In this document: piece after piece, positions 10,127 through 19,127 of the stretch
How the letters are laid out: every line of letters begins with the position of its first letter
How positions within the stretch are numbered: the stretch's first letter is position 1
Assembly: GCA_021783915.1 (NCBI GenBank)
Contig: JAJXTI010000003.1
Location: 9,712-46,718, forward strand
Length of the DNA: 37,007 nt
Origin: a bacterium
Lineage (GTDB): Bacteria; Omnitrophota; Gorgyraeia; Zapsychrales; Fredricksoniimonadaceae
Direction: 5' to 3'
Notes under the pieces: model-generated
What the model saw: the letters and a program-made list of their open reading frames with translations, nothing else
The model's database searches: none
Told to the model about the DNA's origin: nothing
Made by a program: the position numbers and the translations under genes

Positions 10127-10174
10127 TCTATTGTTGGTCCCCCTGTCTTACTTAGGCGAGACGGGGGAGTTCAT

Positions 10175-11674
10175 ATGCTTGCCCATTGGTTATTCCCATT
10201 TACAACTGATTCCGTTATTTATGTCAGCACCGCCGAGAATATCAGCCATTTCAAAGGGCTAGTCTTTAGCAATTTTTTCGTGCAACCAGCAATTCCAGAT
10301 AGCCTGCCAACTATTTTTGAACCACCCGGCTATCCCATTCTTATTGCGGCACTTAAATTTTTTGGAATCAATGCGTACACAGCCAGTCTTGTTTGGCCAC
10401 GAATAGGGTTCTTATTTTTACCATTCCTGTTTTTTATAGTCTTTAGGAAATTGATGCCCTCTATTGTGGCTTGGGTGGCTTCATTTGTGTGCACATTTAT
10501 GTTTCCTGTTGTCAAGTGTTCACTTATGGCCTGGACAGATGTACCGTATTTATGTTTTAGCTTAATAAGCTTGGCCATGGTATTTCATATCATCGAAAAG
10601 AGGACCAAGGTCCCAATTTTTTTTATTTTTTTGACGGGGATTATTACCGGGTATGCATTTCTTATTAGGTATGTTGGTCTGCCCCTGAATTTAAGCATCG
10701 GTATAGGTTTGATAGGGGCTTTTGTCATCGGGCTGATAAATTTTAAAGATTTCCTAACAACAACAGCTGTGTATGTCCTGGGGGTTTTCTTGGTCGTTGC
10801 TCCCTATGTCATTCGCAATTTAATTGTTTTCGGAAGAATACAGCCTCTTTCGATGCGGCCTTCCAAGATTTCTTTGCAGGTCAGTCTACATGATTACTTC
10901 CGAAGCTTGGCGGAGATGGTTTTTACAAACCGTATTTTTGAAGGCGTAGTTTTTATCCTTATGGCGGGGCTGATAGCAGGTTTTGTTCTTTTTGCCTGGA
11001 ATACAGTCAAACACGAGAAAACCGTCTTTATTTATGCGCTCATCCTTTTGGTCTATTTTGTCCTTGATTCTGTCTTTCTCATTGGCTTTAAAACAATCTA
11101 TTTGACTCCGGAATCTATCGATGAGCGTTTTCTTATCCAGCTGGCTTGGATTTTTATGGGAGGCCTGGTATATGCTGTTCATGCCGTACTTAAAAGATTA
11201 AATGCGTTTGTTGCTTTAGATATTAAATCCATTACAGCCCTTATCCTTTTTGCGTTTGTTCTGGTACAGGTTTTCCCGGCGGTCGATTTTTATTACACTC
11301 AAAAGACAATCAAGAAAGTATCAGAGAAAATAGAGCAGTATGCTCCTCTTGTGCAAAGATTACCTAAGGATTGTGTGATCGTTTCAAATGTAGCTGAAAT
11401 AACCTACTATTTTGCGAAACGCAATGTGCGTATGTTGGGCAATTATACCCCTTATGGTTTGCTTAAGGTTTTTGGGACCAAAAGGAGATTTGTTGTCTTT
11501 ATTATTAAAGAAGACGAATTCTTAAGCCCAGCTTGGGAATATCCAAGAATGTGGCAGAACCCGCAAGGGTATTACAAGTTTTTTTCTGATAAAAATGTAG
11601 ATTTGTTTATACCTCTCCCTTTAGGGTATATTTTAAGAGGGGCAGGTCATGTGCCTGTGATCATCGAGCCGTGA
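10175..11674 (+). CDS. Polytopic membrane protein, GT-C/ArnT-PMT-like glycosyltransferase
   Basis: About 10-12 hydrophobic segments. 'TDSVIY', 'PPGYP', 'WTDVPY', 'LIRY' and 'PYVIRNLIVFG' motifs are typical of GT39/GT83-like proteins. Confidence 0.65.
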   Translation: MLAHWLFPFTTDSVIYVSTAENISHFKGLVFSNFFVQPAIPDSLPTIFEPPGYPILIAALKFFGINAYTASLVWPRIGFLFLPFLFFIVFRKLMPSIVAWVASFVCTFMFPVVKCSLMAWTDVPYLCFSLISLAMVFHIIEKRTKVPIFFIFLTGIITGYAFLIRYVGLPLNLSIGIGLIGAFVIGLINFKDFLTTTAVYVLGVFLVVAPYVIRNLIVFGRIQPLSMRPSKISLQVSLHDYFRSLAEMVFTNRIFEGVVFILMAGLIAGFVLFAWNTVKHEKTVFIYALILLVYFVLDSVFLIGFKTIYLTPESIDERFLIQLAWIFMGGLVYAVHAVLKRLNAFVALDIKSITALILFAFVLVQVFPAVDFYYTQKTIKKVSEKIEQYAPLVQRLPKDCVIVSNVAEITYYFAKRNVRMLGNYTPYGLLKVFGTKRRFVVFIIKEDEFLSPAWEYPRMWQNPQGYYKFFSDKNVDLFIPLPLGYILRGAGHVPVIIEP

Positions 11675-11736
11675 ACCTGCCGATTTTAAGCGAACTGCAG
11701 CAGAAATTACAAGCTCCCGTGCCTGCCATGACCTAA
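11651..11736 (+). pseudogene. Probable frameshifted relic of the C-terminal tail of a GGIDL-family modular protein
   Basis: VPVIIE (11651-11668) is followed in a shifted frame by VNLPILSELQQKLQAPVPAMT* (11671-11736). The family assignment is from memory. Confidence 0.45.
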
Positions 11737-11738
11737 CT

Positions 11739-12353
11739 TTAAGAAATTTTGATTCCTAGAGTAACATCCAGCACGACCTCCGCCATCATGGCAGCACAGG
11801 CAGTCACACGGGGGGCCATAGGAGGGTGTCCCTGGTGGGAGTCGGTGGTACGGTCACCGCAAATATACACATTGCCTACTTTTTTAACCGACATGGGTTC
11901 TTTTTGGGTCAACCCTGCCATGCCAACGCCGCTTATAATAATAGAAAAGCGCGGGGCGTAGTACTGCACGAAGCGATATTTCCAATCCACAATATCGAAA
12001 GCTTCCACAATAAAGTCATAGCCCTTAAAGAATTGCCCCCCCTTTGCTTCATTCCATTGGGTTTGGTGGATGAGGACATCAGCATCGGGATTGATATCTA
12101 AGAGGCGTTTTTTGGTGACCTCGACCTTGGGTAAACCTACTTCATTGCCAAAGTACTGCTGGCGGTTTAAATTGGATGCATCAATCACGTCCTGGTCGAT
12201 GATTTCTAAATGTTTAAATCCAGTGCGTACGAGCATCATGGCGCAGTTAGACCCCAACCCTCCGGCCCCACCAATACCAATTTTCTTGGATTGGATGAGG
12301 GAGAGTTGTTCGGGTTTGAGGTAGCGTAAAAGGCCTTGTTCTAAAATATTCAT
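11739..12353 (-). CDS. thiF: Sulfur carrier protein ThiS adenylyltransferase
   Basis: 'IGIGGAGGLGS', 'D.D....SNLNRQ', 'VEAFD'; last gene of thiSGHF. Confidence 0.92.
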   Translation of the reverse strand: MNILEQGLLRYLKPEQLSLIQSKKIGIGGAGGLGSNCAMMLVRTGFKHLEIIDQDVIDASNLNRQQYFGNEVGLPKVEVTKKRLLDINPDADVLIHQTQWNEAKGGQFFKGYDFIVEAFDIVDWKYRFVQYYAPRFSIIISGVGMAGLTQKEPMSVKKVGNVYICGDRTTDSHQGHPPMAPRVTACAAMMAEVVLDVTLGIKIS

Positions 12354-13369
12354 GCAGTATTTTCAATTCTTCGCCAGTCGGTAAAGACGGGGTCGAAGTC
12401 TTTGGATTTTAAAAGCGCAATTATCTCGGCCACCGAACGTTCGTCTTTGATGTCGAATTGAGGATCCTGCTCTTGTTCAGATAACAGGGCATAGCCTCCA
12501 ACGGATGTGTTCGACCCTGCCGACATGCGGGTGACGGCAATTTCCAACAAATGATCGCGTAATTCCGGCGTCTCGCGGGTGGAGAGATTTATCCCTACGC
12601 GCGGAAAAAGAACACGTGTTAAGGCGATAATTTTAGTCAAAGCAATATCATCCACATCGCAATGGGCGAATTCTTGTGTCTTAATAGTACGTAAACGGGG
12701 GAAGGACACGCTATATTCAACGCCTGGATAATTTTTTTCCATTTCCCGCAAATGGGTGTATAGTTCAAGCAAATCTTCAGCGATATTACTTAAGCCCAAA
12801 AGGATTCCCAGAGAGATCTGACGCATGCCTCCCTCCGCTGCACGTACAGAAGTTTTTCGACGGAAATCATAGTCTTTCTTGTGGCCGGACAAATGCACTT
12901 GAGCGTAGCGTGTACGATCATAGGTTTCTTGGTAGATGGTGATTCCATCCACACCGGCGAAAAAAAGTTCTTTATATTCCTGTATGCGCATGGGATGCAC
13001 TTCCAGAGAGATGCCTTGAAAGTATTCTGAAGCGATCCGTGCCGCTTCTTTCAGATATTCCATAGGAGTATGTTGATAAGATTCACCGGTTAACATCAAA
13101 AGGTTACGGATACCTTGTTTGTAGATGACTTGCATTTCTTTGCGGTATTGTTCAGGCGTTAACTTTATCCGTTGGATTTTATTATGGCTGTGAAACCCGC
13201 AATAGGTACAATGGCTGCTGCAGAAATTAGATAGATACACCGGTGCGTAAAGCACGATGGCTCGACCGAAGTATTGGCGGGTTATACGTGCAGCCTCTTG
13301 GGCCAATTCTTCTAGTGATTCTGATCTAGAATCATTTAATATGTCTTTAATTTTTTGCAGGGATATCAT
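12350..13369 (-). CDS. thiH: 2-iminoacetate synthase (tyrosine lyase), radical SAM
   Basis: '[19 protein letters not shown]' (CxxxCxxC), 'YQETY', 'SFPRLR', 'LSTRE', 'SAGS.T.VGGY', 'QF.I.DERS'. Confidence 0.93.
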   Translation of the reverse strand: MISLQKIKDILNDSRSESLEELAQEAARITRQYFGRAIVLYAPVYLSNFCSSHCTYCGFHSHNKIQRIKLTPEQYRKEMQVIYKQGIRNLLMLTGESYQHTPMEYLKEAARIASEYFQGISLEVHPMRIQEYKELFFAGVDGITIYQETYDRTRYAQVHLSGHKKDYDFRRKTSVRAAEGGMRQISLGILLGLSNIAEDLLELYTHLREMEKNYPGVEYSVSFPRLRTIKTQEFAHCDVDDIALTKIIALTRVLFPRVGINLSTRETPELRDHLLEIAVTRMSAGSNTSVGGYALLSEQEQDPQFDIKDERSVAEIIALLKSKDFDPVFTDWRRIENTA

Positions 13370-14132
13370 ATAAAAATCCCGTCAGCGGGGAAGAGGGGGT
13401 TGCTAAATTCTTTTGACCTGACAGTTGGCTTAAATAAGCCAGATGCCCGGCCTCGACCGCCCACGCGAATGCTTTGGCCAAAAGGGCCGGATTTCCGGCG
13501 GTGGCGACCGCAGTATTTGCCAATACAGCATCAGCACCCGATTCCATTGCTTCGGCCGCTTGTGAAGGAGCGCCGATGCCCGCATCGACGACAACAGGCA
13601 AATCAATTTCATCGATAAGGATTTTAATAAATTCGCGCGTTTTCAGACCTCGGTTACTTCCGATTAATGAACCGAGAGGCATGATAGTGGCGGCCCCGGC
13701 TTTCATCAAAGCTTGTGCTGCGTAAAGATCTGGGTACATGTAAGGCAACACCACAAAACCTTCCGCGGCCAAAATTTCAGTGGCTTTGATGGTTTCAGCG
13801 TTGTCCGGCAACAGATATTTACTATCATTGATGACTTCAATTTTGACCCAATTGCCGTGGCCGGAAGCTTTGGCCAAGCTGGCAATGCGCACGGCCTCTT
13901 GGGCGTTACGCGCACCGGAGGTGTTAGTCAAAAGTGTGACATTTTTAGGAATATAATCAACAATATTATCCTCGTGATGTTCCAGGTCAATACGGCGTAA
14001 GGCCACGGTAACAATTTCTACACCCGAGGCTTCGATGGAGTCTTTCAAGTCTTTTTTGTTTTTGAATTTTCCGGTACCCAGGAAAAAACGACTTTTGAAT
14101 TGTTTGCCAGCGATCATTAAAGAAGAGTCCAT
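13347..14132 (-). CDS. thiG: Thiazole synthase
   Basis: 'SRFFLGTGK', 'TVALRR', 'NTSGAR', 'WVKIEV', 'LLPD', 'VDAGIG.PS', 'SSPLTG'. Confidence 0.97.
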   Translation of the reverse strand: MDSSLMIAGKQFKSRFFLGTGKFKNKKDLKDSIEASGVEIVTVALRRIDLEHHEDNIVDYIPKNVTLLTNTSGARNAQEAVRIASLAKASGHGNWVKIEVINDSKYLLPDNAETIKATEILAAEGFVVLPYMYPDLYAAQALMKAGAATIMPLGSLIGSNRGLKTREFIKILIDEIDLPVVVDAGIGAPSQAAEAMESGADAVLANTAVATAGNPALLAKAFAWAVEAGHLAYLSQLSGQKNLATPSSPLTGFLYDIPAKN

Positions 14133-14134
14133 TA

Positions 14135-14335
14135 TTAACCGCCTCCGACAAAGGCGACCAGTTCAATTTGATCCCCCTCTTTGATGCTCGTATGGTTCCA
14201 GTCATTGGAGGTAATGATATGACCGTTGACTTCCGTGATGATATTCTTGGGTTGTTTACAAAACTGGGAGACAATATCCGATAAACAAGAACTGTTGGTC
14301 AGTTCTTTCATTGTTCCATTGATCGTGACTTTCAT
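14135..14335 (-). CDS. thiS: Sulfur carrier protein ThiS
   Basis: 66-aa ubiquitin-like protein ending 'FVGGG'; SD AAGGAG upstream on the - strand. Confidence 0.96.
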   Translation of the reverse strand: MKVTINGTMKELTNSSCLSDIVSQFCKQPKNIITEVNGHIITSNDWNHTSIKEGDQIELVAFVGGG

Positions 14336-14580
14336 AGGATCCTTCTCCTTAATTTTTAGGATACAGCAGTTTGCCGTAATACGGTATGTAGAGCTTTTAG
14401 AGTGTCCATTTTAGTGTATTTGTTTTAAAAAATCAAATGTCGTGTGAGAGGTAAAATTTCATAAAATTATTACTTTATATGATTTTATTTGTTATAAAAT
14501 ACAACCGTTTACTAAGTTAAGCGCTGGATAAAAAATACTTTTATTTTGTAGGGCTTTTTGTATAATATATCGTTTTTTCA

Positions 14581-14600
14581 TGGTTCGACAAAGCTCACCA
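14581..14600. repeat. Short imperfect palindromic element (TGGTTCGACAAAGCTCACCA)
   Basis: TGGT...ACCA arms enclose TCGACAAAGCTC. It resembles a dispersed intergenic REP-like motif I recall from many bacteria; single copy in this window. Confidence 0.4.
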
Positions 14601-14628
14601 CTGCGTCTGGGCGTTGGACCATATAGGG

Positions 14629-14655
14629 ATGCAGTTAACAATCCAAGGGCCGTAA
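14629..14655 (+). promoter_or_regulatory. Candidate leader uORF MQLTIQGP* upstream of speD
   Basis: ATG CAG TTA ACA ATC CAA GGG CCG TAA lies in a GC-richer structured leader and ends 43 nt before the speD ATG. TATAAT at 14561-14566 upstream. Confidence 0.45.
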
Positions 14656-14698
14656 AGGTTCCTTCGCCAGAGTGAGGCTGGCAGAAAAGAGAGCGTAG

Positions 14699-15121
14699 AT
14701 GAGCAAAGCTGGGGTATTCGGGTATGAATTATTGTTAGACCTCTATGATTGTAAACCCGGTGTGTGTGATGATTTGACCCTGTGCTACAATTTTCTCGAT
14801 GAAATCGTAGGATTCTTAGGGATGGAGAAACAAGCTCCTCCGTCAATATTTAAAAGCGACGGTGTGCGTTTCCCGGACAAAGCTGGCCTCTCAGGATGGG
14901 TACCTTTAATTGAAAGTTCCATAGTTATCCATACATTGACCCCTAAAGACTTCATCACCGTAGACATTTATTGCTGCCGTGCCTTTAGTAATAAAAAAGC
15001 AGAGGAGTTTTGCCGCCGGTTCTTTTCTCCTAAACGTGTGGAAGCGCAGTTTGTCGAACGCGGAATGAACTATTATGCGCAAGAAAATGCAGCGACTCAG
15101 AAAGAATTAGTACATAAATAG
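14699..15121 (+). CDS. speD: Pyruvoyl-dependent decarboxylase, S-adenosylmethionine decarboxylase (class 1B) family
   Basis: 'GYELLLDLYDC', 'GLSGWVPLIESSIVIHT' (self-cleavage E-S site), 'VDIYCC', 'ERG'. Confidence 0.8.
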   Translation: MSKAGVFGYELLLDLYDCKPGVCDDLTLCYNFLDEIVGFLGMEKQAPPSIFKSDGVRFPDKAGLSGWVPLIESSIVIHTLTPKDFITVDIYCCRAFSNKKAEEFCRRFFSPKRVEAQFVERGMNYYAQENAATQKELVHK

Positions 15122-15147
15122 CTCTATTTTATAGAGAGGGAGTTTAA

Positions 15148-15186
15148 GAGGGGGATTGTTTTACAACGATCCCCCTTTGATTTTAA
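15148..15186 (+). terminator. Intrinsic terminator-like hairpin after speD
   Basis: GAGGGGGATTGTT (15148-15160) pairs with AACGATCCCCCTT (15165-15177), followed by a T-rich tract. Confidence 0.6.
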
Positions 15187-15239
15187 TTCGTTTCTTTAAG
15201 TAAAATCACTTCTGAACAAAGCGAAGGGTTTCCTCAAAT

Positions 15240-17810
15240 ATGCCTTATACAACCAACGATATCAAATCTATTGAAGCCAAGTGGCAAGAGTACTGGGATA
15301 GACACCAGACCTTCAGGGTGGAAGCTGACAGTACAAAAAAGAAATATTATGTGCTGGAGATGTTTCCTTACCCATCGGGAAAGATTCACATGGGTCATGT
15401 GCGCAACTACACCATCGGTGACGTGATTGCCCGTTACAAAATAATGCAAGGCTTTAATGTTTTACACCCGATCGGCTACGATGCTTTTGGCCAACCGGCG
15501 GAAAATGCCGCTATCAAACATAAAACCGACCCAGGGGAATGGACCTATCGCTGCATCGACCAGATGCATGAAGAATTAAAACGCATGGGCTTTTCCTATG
15601 ATTGGGATCGCGAGATTTCTACTTGCGACAGTGAATATTACAAATGGAACCAGTGGGTTTTTTTGAAGATGTTTGAGCGCGGTCTGGCATATAAGAAAAC
15701 TTCCTCGGTCAATTGGTGTCCTAGTTGCCAGACGACTTTGGCCAATGAAGAAGTCATCGATGGTACTTGTTGGCGTTGTAAATCCCTAGTGGTACAGAAA
15801 GATTTGGAACAGTGGTATTTGAAAATCACGCATTATGCCGAAAGCCTTTTGAAAGATTTAAAGCAGCTTCAAGACTGGCCGTCTCGCGTACGGATCATGC
15901 AACAGAACTGGATAGGCAAAAGTTTCGGTATGGAAATTTATTTTAAGGTCAAAGATAGTCAAGAGGTGATTACTGTTTTTACCACACGTCCCGATACTAT
16001 TTTCGGCGCCACTTATGTAGTACTGGCCCCCGAGCATCCATTGGTAAAGAAATGGGTTTCAGGTATTAAAGAAGAAAAAGATGTTTTGGCTTTCATTGAG
16101 AAAACGGCCAATAAAAGTAAGAGCCTTCGCATGTCCGGCGACCAGCGCAAAGAAGGAGTTTTTATAGGCCGCCATGCGATCAACCCCGTCAATGGTGAGA
16201 CAATCCCTATTTTTATAGGTGACTATGTTTTAATGGAATACGGGACAGGGGCCATTATGGCGGTGCCTACCAACGACCAGCGCGATTTCGAATTTGCCCG
16301 TCAATATCATCTGCCCATGCGTATTGTCATCCAAGACCCTAAAAATCTTAAAATCAACATTGAACAAATGGCTGAAGCTTACGAAGGCACAGGGGTCTTG
16401 GTGAATTCCAAACAGTTCGATGGTATCAATAACGAAGAAGCTAAAGAAAAGATTGCCCAGTGGATGCAAAAAGAGCATATGGGTAAAATCAGTGTGCATT
16501 GGCGTTTGCGTGATTGGCTAATTTCCCGTCAACGTTATTGGGGAACGCCGATACCTGTTATTTATTGTGAATCCTGCGGTGCAGTTCCGGTTCCGTATGA
16601 CCAATTACCTGTCCATCTACCTAAAAATGTGGAAATTACCGGCCAGGGTGGAAGCCCGTTAAATCGTATCGAAACATTTGTAGAAACAATCTGTCCTAAG
16701 TGTTTTAAACCTGCCCGTCGGGAGACTGATACCATGGCAACTTTCTTTGATTCATCATGGTATTTCTTACGGTTTTGTTCGGCACATAATAATAAAGAAA
16801 TTTTTAAAAAACAAGAGGCCAAATACTGGATGGAAGTGGACCAGTATATCGGCGGCATTGAACATGCGATTTTGCATTTATTGTATTCGCGTTTTTTTAC
16901 CAAATTCTTCAAAGATTTAGGTCTGGTTGATTTTAACGAACCGTTTAAGCGTCTTTTGACCCAAGGCATGGTTCTTAAGGACGGGGAAGTGATGTCTAAA
17001 TCCCGCGGCAATACTGTGGATCCTGATGAGGTCTTAAGTAAATACGGGGCCGATACCTTGCGTTTGTTTATTTTGTTTGCCGCACCTCCAGAAGACCAGC
17101 TAGAATGGAACAGCGATGGATTAGAAGGTGCGTGGAAATTCTTAAATCGTATTTATCAAATGGTAGATAAGCCTATAGGAACTGATGTCGTTCAAAGCGA
17201 ACGTACTATTGAAAATATACGAAATGAGCTATCAAATTACATTTTGAATATCTCTGAGATGGATGATAATGATAAAGGACTCGAACGTGCAAGAAATTTA
17301 GCGATAAAACAAATTACCCAATCCTTTGAAGAAGGCTATAAGTTTAATACGGCCATTAGCCAGATCATGATTTTAGCTAATGCCATTGATAAATATACTT
17401 TTCATATGAGAGTTGCTATGGAAGGGGGGAGCCCTTCAGAAAGATTCCTAGTTTTTCGTAGAAAATTATTCTTACAAACTCGATCTATAGAAACTTTGAT
17501 TTTATTACTTGCCCCTTTCACCCCACATTTATGCGAAGAGCTTTGGCAGATGATAGGAAAGAAAGACTCCACCGTCTGCAAGGTTGCCTGGCCCAAATTT
17601 GATGCAGCGGCCCTTAAACAGACCGAAGTGATTTATGCCGTTCAGATTAACGGTAAGATCCGTGGCCAATTCACTGCCCCTGTCACAGCTAGTCAAGAAC
17701 AACTGTGTGAACTTTGCATGACAGACACTAACGTTACCCGTTATTTGCAAGGGGCTACAATAAAAAAATTCATTGTCGTTCCCAATAAATTGGTTAGTAT
17801 AGTTGTTTAA
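15240..17810 (+). CDS. leuS: Leucine--tRNA ligase
   Basis: 'MFPYPSGKIHMGH', 'TTRPDT', 'GTGAIMAVP', 'DWLISRQRYWG', 'GGIEHAILHLLY', 'VMSKS'. Confidence 0.98.
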   Translation: MPYTTNDIKSIEAKWQEYWDRHQTFRVEADSTKKKYYVLEMFPYPSGKIHMGHVRNYTIGDVIARYKIMQGFNVLHPIGYDAFGQPAENAAIKHKTDPGEWTYRCIDQMHEELKRMGFSYDWDREISTCDSEYYKWNQWVFLKMFERGLAYKKTSSVNWCPSCQTTLANEEVIDGTCWRCKSLVVQKDLEQWYLKITHYAESLLKDLKQLQDWPSRVRIMQQNWIGKSFGMEIYFKVKDSQEVITVFTTRPDTIFGATYVVLAPEHPLVKKWVSGIKEEKDVLAFIEKTANKSKSLRMSGDQRKEGVFIGRHAINPVNGETIPIFIGDYVLMEYGTGAIMAVPTNDQRDFEFARQYHLPMRIVIQDPKNLKINIEQMAEAYEGTGVLVNSKQFDGINNEEAKEKIAQWMQKEHMGKISVHWRLRDWLISRQRYWGTPIPVIYCESCGAVPVPYDQLPVHLPKNVEITGQGGSPLNRIETFVETICPKCFKPARRETDTMATFFDSSWYFLRFCSAHNNKEIFKKQEAKYWMEVDQYIGGIEHAILHLLYSRFFTKFFKDLGLVDFNEPFKRLLTQGMVLKDGEVMSKSRGNTVDPDEVLSKYGADTLRLFILFAAPPEDQLEWNSDGLEGAWKFLNRIYQMVDKPIGTDVVQSERTIENIRNELSNYILNISEMDDNDKGLERARNLAIKQITQSFEEGYKFNTAISQIMILANAIDKYTFHMRVAMEGGSPSERFLVFRRKLFLQTRSIETLILLLAPFTPHLCEELWQMIGKKDSTVCKVAWPKFDAAALKQTEVIYAVQINGKIRGQFTAPVTASQEQLCELCMTDTNVTRYLQGATIKKFIVVPNKLVSIVV

Positions 17811-17838
17811 GGAAGCCCCGCTTTAGCGGGATTCATTT

Positions 17839-19125
17839 ATGCGATTCTATGCAGACCTTCACATCCATTCTAAATACTCCCGTGCAACGGCTAAAAATCT
17901 TGATTTAGAAAACCTTTATCTTTGGGCTCAATATAAAGGAATACAGGTTGTTGGTACCGGTGATTTTGTTCATCCCGTTTGGATGAAAGAACTCGAGGAG
18001 AAATTAGAGCCTGCCGAAGAAGGTCTATTTAAACTCAAAGATAAATATGCCAAGCCTATTGACGCTCAAGTGCCGAAGGCCTGTTACGGTAGCGTACGTT
18101 TTATGCTCACGGTCGAGATTTCCAATATTTATAAACGCCTGGACAAAGTCCGTAAGGTCCATAATTTGATTTGGTCCCCGTCGTTTGCAGCGGCCAAGAA
18201 GGTGCAGGCCAAACTGGGTGGCATCGGCAATATTAAAAGCGATGGGCGACCGATTTTGGGATTGGATTCTAGGGATCTTTTGGAAATCACCCTTGAGGCC
18301 GATAAAAAAAATATTTTTGTGCCTGCCCACATATGGACGCCATGGTTCTCGGCTTTGGGATCTATGGGAGGGTTTGACCGCATGGAAGATTGTTTTGCAG
18401 ATTTAACGGACCATATTTTTGCCGTCGAAACTGGCCTATCATCGGATCCTTTAATGAACTGGCGTTTAAAGCAATTGGATCCTTTTATTCTGGTTTCGAA
18501 TTCCGATGCACATTCGCCTTCAAAATTAGGCCGCGAAGCCAATATTTTTGATACCGATCTTTCCTATCCGGCTATTTATAGGGCATTATCTGATAGCAGA
18601 GATAACGGCTTGTTGGGCACCGTGGAATTCTTCCCAGAAGAAGGTAAATATCATTATGACGGCCATAGGCTTTGTCATGTACGCTGGCATCCCCAACAGA
18701 CCATAGAAAATAATGGTTTGTGTTCGGTGTGCGGTAAGCCTGTGACCGTAGGGGTCATGGCCCGTGTAGCAGAATTGGCTGACCGGAAAGAAGGGGAAAA
18801 AAGTAAACGGCATCGTCCTTATTGGAACACAGTGCCATTGCCTGAGGTGATTGGTGAAGCCAAGGGCGTAGGCCCTGCCAGCAAAGCCGTTCAGGAAGCT
18901 TACATGAACATGCTGGCCAAAATAGGCAGTGAATTTTATATCCTTCTGGATGCCCCCATAGATAAAATTCGCCGAAACGCCGGAGAGATGATTGCCGAAG
19001 GAATAAGCCGTATGCGCAAGGGCAAGGTCAAAATTGCCGCCGGTTATGATGGGGAATACGGCACCGTTGAGATTTTTAAAGAGGGTGAACGGGACAAAAT
19101 CGAGAAGCAGTTAGCCTTATTTTAG
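17839..19125 (+). CDS. Endonuclease Q family (PHP-domain) nuclease
   Basis: 'DLHIHSKYS', 'PAHIWTPWFS', 'ETGLSSD', 'NSDAHS', 'GKYHYDGH', Zn-binding 'CSVCG', 'GYDGEYG'. Confidence 0.9.
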   Translation: MRFYADLHIHSKYSRATAKNLDLENLYLWAQYKGIQVVGTGDFVHPVWMKELEEKLEPAEEGLFKLKDKYAKPIDAQVPKACYGSVRFMLTVEISNIYKRLDKVRKVHNLIWSPSFAAAKKVQAKLGGIGNIKSDGRPILGLDSRDLLEITLEADKKNIFVPAHIWTPWFSALGSMGGFDRMEDCFADLTDHIFAVETGLSSDPLMNWRLKQLDPFILVSNSDAHSPSKLGREANIFDTDLSYPAIYRALSDSRDNGLLGTVEFFPEEGKYHYDGHRLCHVRWHPQQTIENNGLCSVCGKPVTVGVMARVAELADRKEGEKSKRHRPYWNTVPLPEVIGEAKGVGPASKAVQEAYMNMLAKIGSEFYILLDAPIDKIRRNAGEMIAEGISRMRKGKVKIAAGYDGEYGTVEIFKEGERDKIEKQLALF

Positions 19126-19127
19126 TT

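Noticed and set aside
10124-10177. cysK and the GT-C gene are in frame, separated by a single TAA (possible readthrough)
   Set aside because: One-in-three chance of sharing a frame; TAA is a strong stop, CysK is complete, and the downstream gene has its own SD.
14360-14400. GGCAAAC on the - strand upstream of thiS, suggesting a c-di-GMP-I riboswitch
   Set aside because: The following GAAA-loop stem and GCAAAGC elements are absent.
17816-17830. Small hairpin CCCGC-TTTA-GCGGG after leuS
   Set aside because: Short stem with no clear U-tract; too weak to call a terminator.
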